Assembly (NCBI GenBank): GCA_964234715.1
Contig: OZ174276.1
DNA: 64,000 nucleotides
Source of the DNA: Podarcis melisellensis
Lineage: Eukaryota
Reading direction: 5' to 3' (one strand)
The notes beneath the pieces were generated by a model. It was not told the DNA's origin. It saw only the letters and a program-made list of their open reading frames with translations, and ran no database searches. Positions 63,850 to 64,000 of this stretch are shown here, one piece after another. The translations under genes were made by a program, and so were the position numbers. Each line of letters starts with the position of its first letter. Position 1 is the first letter of the stretch.

Positions 63850-64000
63850 AAGAGCATGTGTTTGGGAAGAAAGGAGTGCAGGCTTGGCTGCCCGAGCTGT
63901 TCTTGCCCATACAGGTGTGCGTAACTCACAGGCATGCCAGACAGACCTGAGTCACGGACAGCCACCCCTCCTCCCCTCTGTGCGCACACCTGAGCTAAAA
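63850..64000 (+). promoter_or_regulatory. motif-rich putative promoter/enhancer of the next gene (ITGB4 by mammalian synteny)
   Basis: AP-1 TGAGTCA 63948-63954; E-boxes CAGGTG 63912-63917 and CACCTG 63987-63992; p53/p63-type half-site AGGCATGCCA 63930-63939; CACCC/CCTCCC boxes. Confidence 0.4.

Overview
Vertebrate genomic DNA, almost certainly a squamate reptile (full-length Sauria SINE; lacertid-like repeat landscape). It covers the conserved RECQL5-SAP30BP locus. RECQL5 lies on the - strand: seven coding exons (23919 down to 16471, 409 codons + 2 nt), then a very long intron that runs off the left edge of the window. Nested antisense inside that intron are two + strand micropeptide genes, SMIM5 (2 coding exons, 80 aa) and SMIM6/endoregulin (1 coding exon, 63 aa). 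A CpG-island bidirectional promoter (~24.6-25.3 kb) drives RECQL5 and the complete 11-exon SAP30BP gene (+, 311 aa). The right edge has epithelial-type promoter motifs, probably approaching ITGB4 (synteny inference). Introns contain many MITEs (hAT, Tc1/mariner-pogo-like), SINEs, CR1/L2/Penelope fragments and a solo LTR. I found no prokaryote-style novel system. Most notable observations: (1) SMIM6 here looks like a SMIM5/SMIM22-family paralogue; (2) a ~970-bp MITE built from ~12 serial hairpins; (3) a ~130-bp-arm inverted repeat in the presumed SMIM5 3'UTR; (4) a sense-oriented solo LTR placing a poly(A) signal just after RECQL5 exon 8; (5) a gene-conversion-like footprint between two MITEs bracketing SMIM6. 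Gene identities rest on my recall of the mammalian orthologues; no database search was run.
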